Shown piece by piece: positions 59,142 through 64,000 of a stretch of DNA of 64,000 nt. Where the stretch lies: the NCBI GenBank assembly GCA_036676395.1, contig JAKFCY010000002.1, forward strand, positions 1 to 64,000, in the 5' to 3' direction. The stretch comes from Bdellovibrio sp. (GTDB lineage: Bacteria > Bdellovibrionota > Bdellovibrionia > Bdellovibrionales > Bdellovibrionaceae). Within the stretch, counting starts at the first letter, position 1. The number at the start of each line of letters is the position of its first letter. A program made the translations under genes and the position numbers. A model generated the notes under the pieces. That model did not search any database and had not been told where the DNA came from. It was given only the letters and a program-made list of their open reading frames with translations.

Positions 59142-60962
59142 ATCAATACACTGAAGCAGACCAAATCTATTACTAGAAGTTTAACGGTAACCATTGCGGT
59201 TATTTCGTTATTACTTTTATTAGAAGTCATTGGTATCGGTCTTGCCAGTCGTAATACTTTAGAGGGTTTGACCGATTTACACCGAACGATTCAGGTGATT
59301 AATCAGGTGCGCAATTTGCGTCAGGTCGTTGCAACCCGCACTCAATTTTTAAAAGATTTTGCACGTGATAATAAAGCAAGTGCCGAAGAAGCTGTTATTT
59401 TAGATAATATTGAAAAACAAACCGATGATTTATTCGTCGTTTGTTTGCAATTAAGTACCGCACATAAAGACGTTAACAGCTTAATTGCTGAAGCTCAAAA
59501 GGGCTTATTAGAAGAGCGAGTTCTTTCGCGTAAAATGCTGTCTGATCCTAACAGCATTTTTGAATCAACTGTTGTCGATCAAATTATTCTTGAAGCGCAA
59601 GATTCTTTGGGAAAAGTTCAGCTCGTTCTATCAAAAGATTCTGATGCGTTGTTTGAGCGAATTTTTAATTCGCGCTTTATACCTTTGATCGTGGCTGTTG
59701 TTCTGGCTTTAATTTTTTTAGTTTTTGCTCTGTTCATGGGGTATCGATTAAAACGCCAAATAGATTTACCGATTAAAAATCTAATTCAAAGTACAAAACA
59801 ACTGGCTGAAGGAAATCTTCGCGCTCGCGCCACTATTTATGATGTGGATGAACTCGGATTATTAGCTCATGCCTTTAATGCGATGGCCGGAACTCTTGAG
59901 CAAAGCACGGTGTCACGCGGCTATATCGAAAGTATTTTAGAATCAATGTTCAACTGTGTATTGGTGTTAGATAACAAAGGCACAATTTTGACCGTAAATC
60001 GGTTAACCGTGCAAACGTTCGGTTATTCAAAAACAGAATTAATTGGCTTATCAATGAAAGCCATTTTGCATGAGGATGTTGAATTACTAGATCCTAATTC
60101 GAATATAGAGACTGATGCCTACACTCGCTCGGGCCGAAAATTTCCCGTTTTAGTTTCGGTAGCTGATTTAGACGAGCAGGCAAAGATGCCCTCGAATTTA
60201 AGAGTTTGCGTCATTCAGGACATTTCTGAAAGTAAAAGATTAGAAAGCGAAATTAAAGAACGTAACTTAGCATTAAACGCCGCAAATCAAGAACTTGAGG
60301 CCTTTAGTTATTCGGTATCTCATGATTTACGAGCTCCACTTCGAATTATCGACGGGTTTAGCCAAGCATTAGTTGAAGATGCAGGTGATCAGCTACAGGG
60401 TGAGGCTAAAGTTCATTTAGAACGTATTCGTGCGGGCGTGCAACGAATGGGACAACTTATCGACGCTGTTTTAAATTTATCGCGTCTAACCAGAGCCGCA
60501 ATGACTGTCGTTGATTTAGATTTAACTGCGATGGCAAAAAGCATTATCGCAGAACTGCGCGGCCTTGAGCCAAATCGTAAAGCCGAAGTTATCATCCAAG
60601 AAGGAATGCATGCAAATGGCGATTTAGTGCTGATGAAAGTGACCTTAGAAAATTTAATCGGTAATGCTTGGAAATACACTTCTAAAAAAGAAGTCGCGCA
60701 AATCCAATTTGGTCAAACAACGAAAGATGGCCTTGAAGTTTTTTACATTCAAGATAACGGGGCTGGTTTTGATATGAATTACGCGAAAAAATTATTTACA
60801 CCGTTTCAGCGTTTACACACACAAAATGAGTTTTCAGGAACAGGTATTGGTTTAGCCAGCGTAAAAAGAATTATTCATCGTCATGCAGGAACTATCTGGG
60901 TAGAAAGTGCTGTGGGTGAAGGTACAACATTTTATTTTACATTGGCGGCGGCGCCAACCTAG
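59142..60962 (+). CDS. Membrane sensor histidine kinase TM-periplasmic-TM-HAMP-PAS-HisKA-HATPase (Cph1-like kinase core); start uncertain
   Basis: ELEAFSYSVSHDLRAPLR, NLIGNAWKYT, DNGAGFDM, FQRLH, GTGIGL; TM1 lies upstream of the track start at 59268. Confidence 0.85.
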   Translation: MNTLKQTKSITRSLTVTIAVISLLLLLEVIGIGLASRNTLEGLTDLHRTIQVINQVRNLRQVVATRTQFLKDFARDNKASAEEAVILDNIEKQTDDLFVVCLQLSTAHKDVNSLIAEAQKGLLEERVLSRKMLSDPNSIFESTVVDQIILEAQDSLGKVQLVLSKDSDALFERIFNSRFIPLIVAVVLALIFLVFALFMGYRLKRQIDLPIKNLIQSTKQLAEGNLRARATIYDVDELGLLAHAFNAMAGTLEQSTVSRGYIESILESMFNCVLVLDNKGTILTVNRLTVQTFGYSKTELIGLSMKAILHEDVELLDPNSNIETDAYTRSGRKFPVLVSVADLDEQAKMPSNLRVCVIQDISESKRLESEIKERNLALNAANQELEAFSYSVSHDLRAPLRIIDGFSQALVEDAGDQLQGEAKVHLERIRAGVQRMGQLIDAVLNLSRLTRAAMTVVDLDLTAMAKSIIAELRGLEPNRKAEVIIQEGMHANGDLVLMKVTLENLIGNAWKYTSKKEVAQIQFGQTTKDGLEVFYIQDNGAGFDMNYAKKLFTPFQRLHTQNEFSGTGIGLASVKRIIHRHAGTIWVESAVGEGTTFYFTLAAAPT

Positions 60963-62955
60963 ATTCAGGGTTTATCAGGTTACCATTACGATATTTAGCT
61001 AAACAATCGACGAGCTCGCGTTTTTTGATGGGCTTTGACAGAAAATCTGTAAAGCCCATTTTTAAACAGCGTTCGCGTTCGTCTTCGAAAGCATGTGCAG
61101 TGAAGGCTATGATCGGCTTTTTATAGCCGTGTTGACGTAAAGTCGAAGTGGCTGTGTATCCATCCATGATCGGCATTTGGATATCCATAATAACTAAATC
61201 ATGCTCGCCTTCTTCGGCTTTTTTCATGCCTTCTTCACCATCAGCCGCTAAATCAACTTTTACGCCTTCCATTTCAAGAAAATTTTGCACAAGCAATTGG
61301 TTATCCAGCGAATCTTCGACCAGCAAAACTTTAAAATTATTCATGTTTGGTTTAGCTGCTACAGGTTTTTGCGCAGCTAAATCGACAGTGTCGACAGGCT
61401 CAGAGAGTAGGTTTGTAAAACTTGTAATCATTGGTGAGATAGAGATATCACCAGTTTTAATTTTTGCAATGAATGTGCTGCCTTGGCCTGGCGTGCTGGA
61501 TTGTAATATCACATCTCCGCCTAAAGCTTGGGCTAATTGTTTGGCCAAAGTTAATCCCAGGCCGGTGCCGCCAAACCTGCGAGTCATTGAACTATCCACC
61601 TGAGTGAAAGGTTCAAAGAGATGTTTAATTTCATCTGACGACATGCCAATTCCGGTATCAATAACAATGAAGTGCAAGAGTGGCTCAGAATTTTCTTCGG
61701 CTAGTTTTACAATTAATTCGACTGTGCCTTGGTTGGTAAATTTGATCGCATTGCCTAATAAATTAAGCAGGATATGCTGAAGCTTCGATGGATCTGAATT
61801 GATTTTTTCAGGTATCGGACCTTCGGTCTCAAAATGCAAAGTCAGATTTTTTTCATTAGCTAGCGGTGATAAAATTGATTTCACTTGGGCAATGACATTA
61901 GGTACTGAAAATTTTGCAATTTTTAATTGTAGTTTACCGGCTTCAATTTTTGATAAATCTAAAATTTCATCAATGACTTTTTTAAGGTGTTCACTATTGC
62001 GAGTAATTTTTTTTAGCCACAGAATACGCTCTTTTTCGTCTTTATAGTCAGTTTGCAATAGTTCAGATAAGCCCATAATGGCATTTAATGGCGTACGAAT
62101 TTCATGGCTCATATTAGCTAAAAATTGTGATTTGGCGTTGCTGGCATACTCTGCATCGCGCTTGGCATTTTTAAGGTCTTCTTCGTACATTTTACTTTCG
62201 CTGATATCAGTCATTAGACAAACATAACCACGTACTGTGCCGTTTTCAAATTCCGGGCTCACGGCCACATTAACAAATTGGGGTGAAGTTGACCCCAGCA
62301 AAACACTTTCAAAAGTAACCTGCTCACCGTGATCTAAACGCGGAATATTTTTTTTAATTTGAGTCGTAATTTCAAGGCCAAAAATTTTTTCGACTGGCTC
62401 ATTAATCAGAGTTTTTTCAAACCACTCCGTGCTGACCTGATTTGAAAAACTAAATTTTAGGTCAGGTGTGATGTAGGTCAGCGATGCTGGTATAATATCA
62501 GTGATAACTTTAAGTTGTTTTTCATTTTGGCGAAGACGCTGTTCTACAATGACTTTTTCGTATTGCGATTTTGTCAGCTCTAAAGCATTTTTTATAGCTG
62601 AAGGCAGGCGTACAATTTTGTCTTTAATAACATAATCAACAGCGCCTTTTTTAAGACATTCAACAGCCATTTCATCAGATAAGGTTCCAGTAACAATAAT
62701 TAGCGGCGTAAGTATTTTTTGTTCTTGCAGTATATCTAACGCAGAAAGAGCACCAAATTGCGGTATTGAATAATCACATAGAATTATATTTGGCTTAAAG
62801 TTTTCGAGCGCTTCTAAAAAAGCTGCTCGATTATCAACGGTTACAGACGAATAATTCAGATCAGACTTGCTTAAAGTGCGTTGCACTAGCAACTGGTCTA
62901 GCTCGTTGTCTTCGGCGATCAAAATTTTAAGACTTTTGTCCTGAACCTCGTCCAT
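60937..62955 (-). CDS. Hybrid histidine kinase REC-PAS-HisKA-HATPase-REC
   Basis: [37 protein letters not shown]-terminal REC. Confidence 0.93.
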   Translation of the reverse strand: MDEVQDKSLKILIAEDNELDQLLVQRTLSKSDLNYSSVTVDNRAAFLEALENFKPNIILCDYSIPQFGALSALDILQEQKILTPLIIVTGTLSDEMAVECLKKGAVDYVIKDKIVRLPSAIKNALELTKSQYEKVIVEQRLRQNEKQLKVITDIIPASLTYITPDLKFSFSNQVSTEWFEKTLINEPVEKIFGLEITTQIKKNIPRLDHGEQVTFESVLLGSTSPQFVNVAVSPEFENGTVRGYVCLMTDISESKMYEEDLKNAKRDAEYASNAKSQFLANMSHEIRTPLNAIMGLSELLQTDYKDEKERILWLKKITRNSEHLKKVIDEILDLSKIEAGKLQLKIAKFSVPNVIAQVKSILSPLANEKNLTLHFETEGPIPEKINSDPSKLQHILLNLLGNAIKFTNQGTVELIVKLAEENSEPLLHFIVIDTGIGMSSDEIKHLFEPFTQVDSSMTRRFGGTGLGLTLAKQLAQALGGDVILQSSTPGQGSTFIAKIKTGDISISPMITSFTNLLSEPVDTVDLAAQKPVAAKPNMNNFKVLLVEDSLDNQLLVQNFLEMEGVKVDLAADGEEGMKKAEEGEHDLVIMDIQMPIMDGYTATSTLRQHGYKKPIIAFTAHAFEDERERCLKMGFTDFLSKPIKKRELVDCLAKYRNGNLINPESRLAPPPM

Positions 62956-63165
62956 ATCTAATGTTTATCACGACGATAACAGATCTTAAATACATAACTG
63001 AACTAAACAACTGGCGAGGAAAATTTGGACTAGTTGTTTTTTTATTTATACATAATAAAATTGGATTCGGTGCTTTTTTTGTTGCATGAGAAAATCCGAG
63101 TTTTATAGCACGACCGAAGTCCAATTTCGGTACATTTTAGCTCTGAAAAAGCCGATAGCGTATTT

Positions 63166-64000
63166 GTGAAAAACACCAATGCAGATCGTAAATGGATCAT
63201 CCTAATTGGCCTTCTGCTGATAGCAGAAGTGCTATGGCTATTAGTTGATTTGCAGTGGATTAATGTTCCATTTTTTTCAAAAAAATCAAACACTTCAAAT
63301 GCTGTTGATGCCGGATATATTATCTCGAGTAAAAAAGATTTAAAACGCCGCGGGGCAAATAGTCTCATCTGGGAAGACACCCAGCCTAAAGATACACTTT
63401 TTTACCATGATTCGGTTTTAACGCTTTCACAGAGTTCGGCTAAACTTTATTTAAAAGATCAGACTGATCTGGAGCTTTCAGAAAATACTTTAGTTACTCT
63501 TGAAGAACCAGAAGACAAAACTAAATCTGAAATTCGCTTACGTTTTTCGCGCGGTGATTTGCGCGCCCGTAATCCCTCATTTAAAACAAGCGTTGTGGGC
63601 GAAGACTGGGTCATCAATTTAGATAAAGGCTCAGACATCGTATTGCGTAAAGATCAAGGTTCATACGAGTTTGAAGTTGTTTCAGGCACCGCCACGCTGC
63701 AAACAAAAGATGGCGAAGAAAATTTAACTGAAGATAAAATTTTAAAATTAAATGATGATCACAAAGTTGAAAAAGTTGAAAAAAGTACTGATCTTCAGTG
63801 GAAAGAAAAAAAGCCAGTTAGAATTTACACGTTAGGCGAGAATGCAAATATTCCGCTCGAGTGGATGGGTGATGCCAAAGATCTTGTTATCAATAAAGCG
63901 GGCAGTGAAGAAAAAAATCAAAATTTAGAAACGCAAAAGCAAACATCATCGGTAAAACTTGCGCATGGCAGTTATAAAATCAGACTTAAAAATGCGTCAG
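63166..64000 (+). CDS. FecR-domain membrane-anchored protein, 3' truncated (absent from ORF track)
   Basis: Manual translation from GTG 63166: MKNTNADRKWIILIGLLLIAEVLWLL..KRRGANSLIWED..DSVLTLSQSSAKLYLKDQTDLELSENTLV; frame appears open to the window end. Confidence 0.75.
   Translation, partial: MKNTNADRKWIILIGLLLIAEVLWLLVDLQWINVPFFSKKSNTSNAVDAGYIISSKKDLKRRGANSLIWEDTQPKDTLFYHDSVLTLSQSSAKLYLKDQTDLELSENTLVTLEEPEDKTKSEIRLRFSRGDLRARNPSFKTSVVGEDWVINLDKGSDIVLRKDQGSYEFEVVSGTATLQTKDGEENLTEDKILKLNDDHKVEKVEKSTDLQWKEKKPVRIYTLGENANIPLEWMGDAKDLVINKAGSEEKNQNLETQKQTSSVKLAHGSYKIRLKNAS

Noticed and set aside
182..62047. Numerous 60-160 aa antisense or alternate-frame ORFs in the track (e.g. 1377-1784, 14425-14778, 46170-46646, 61148-61603)
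   Set aside because: Fully nested in well-supported genes, with no family motifs; typical shadow ORFs
63042..63380. 112-aa minus-strand ORF
   Set aside because: Shadow of the plus-strand FecR-like gene; no recognisable motifs
1..64000. CRISPR arrays, tRNA/rRNA, IS elements, prophage, known anti-phage defence genes
   Set aside because: None recognised; intergenic gaps are short and lack spaced repeats; the two helicases are RadD-like and DEAD-box housekeeping types. Manual reading could miss very divergent elements

Overview
AT-rich, gene-dense bacterial chromosome segment of about 65 CDS. Gene style resembles Bdellovibrionota, which is an inference. I saw no rRNA, tRNA, CRISPR array, IS, integrase or prophage. 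Two signalling loci flank the window. Left (1-5278): a poly-HAMP/GAF hybrid kinase and a REC-PAS hybrid kinase, followed directly by a winged-helix-like protein and two DUF5985-like 3-TM proteins. Right (55791-62955): a single-domain response regulator, two paralogous coiled-coil/porin-like beta-barrels, a miniature PstS-like periplasmic protein and a HAMP-PAS kinase, facing a REC-PAS hybrid kinase. This is my best candidate for an uncharacterised trans-envelope sensing system, and its kinase seems to need a non-canonical start codon. The middle holds housekeeping, stress and detox genes: TolC+RND without an adaptor, RadD-like helicase, HflX, DEAD-box helicase, FtsH, many SRPBCC proteins, pirins, TMEM175 and a NodIJ-like ABC exporter. 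It also holds a PAP2/DUF3943 envelope cluster with a shared C-terminal motif, an S1/P1 nuclease, and a copper-amine-oxidase-like protein with a non-canonical W-Y-R cofactor motif. Manual reading found items missing from the ORF track: an internally deleted SRPBCC pseudogene, a 41-aa membrane protein, a partial FecR-like gene, a recurrent sigma54-type -24/-12 motif, and an orphan LysR-type operator. All family calls come from motif recognition, not database searches.
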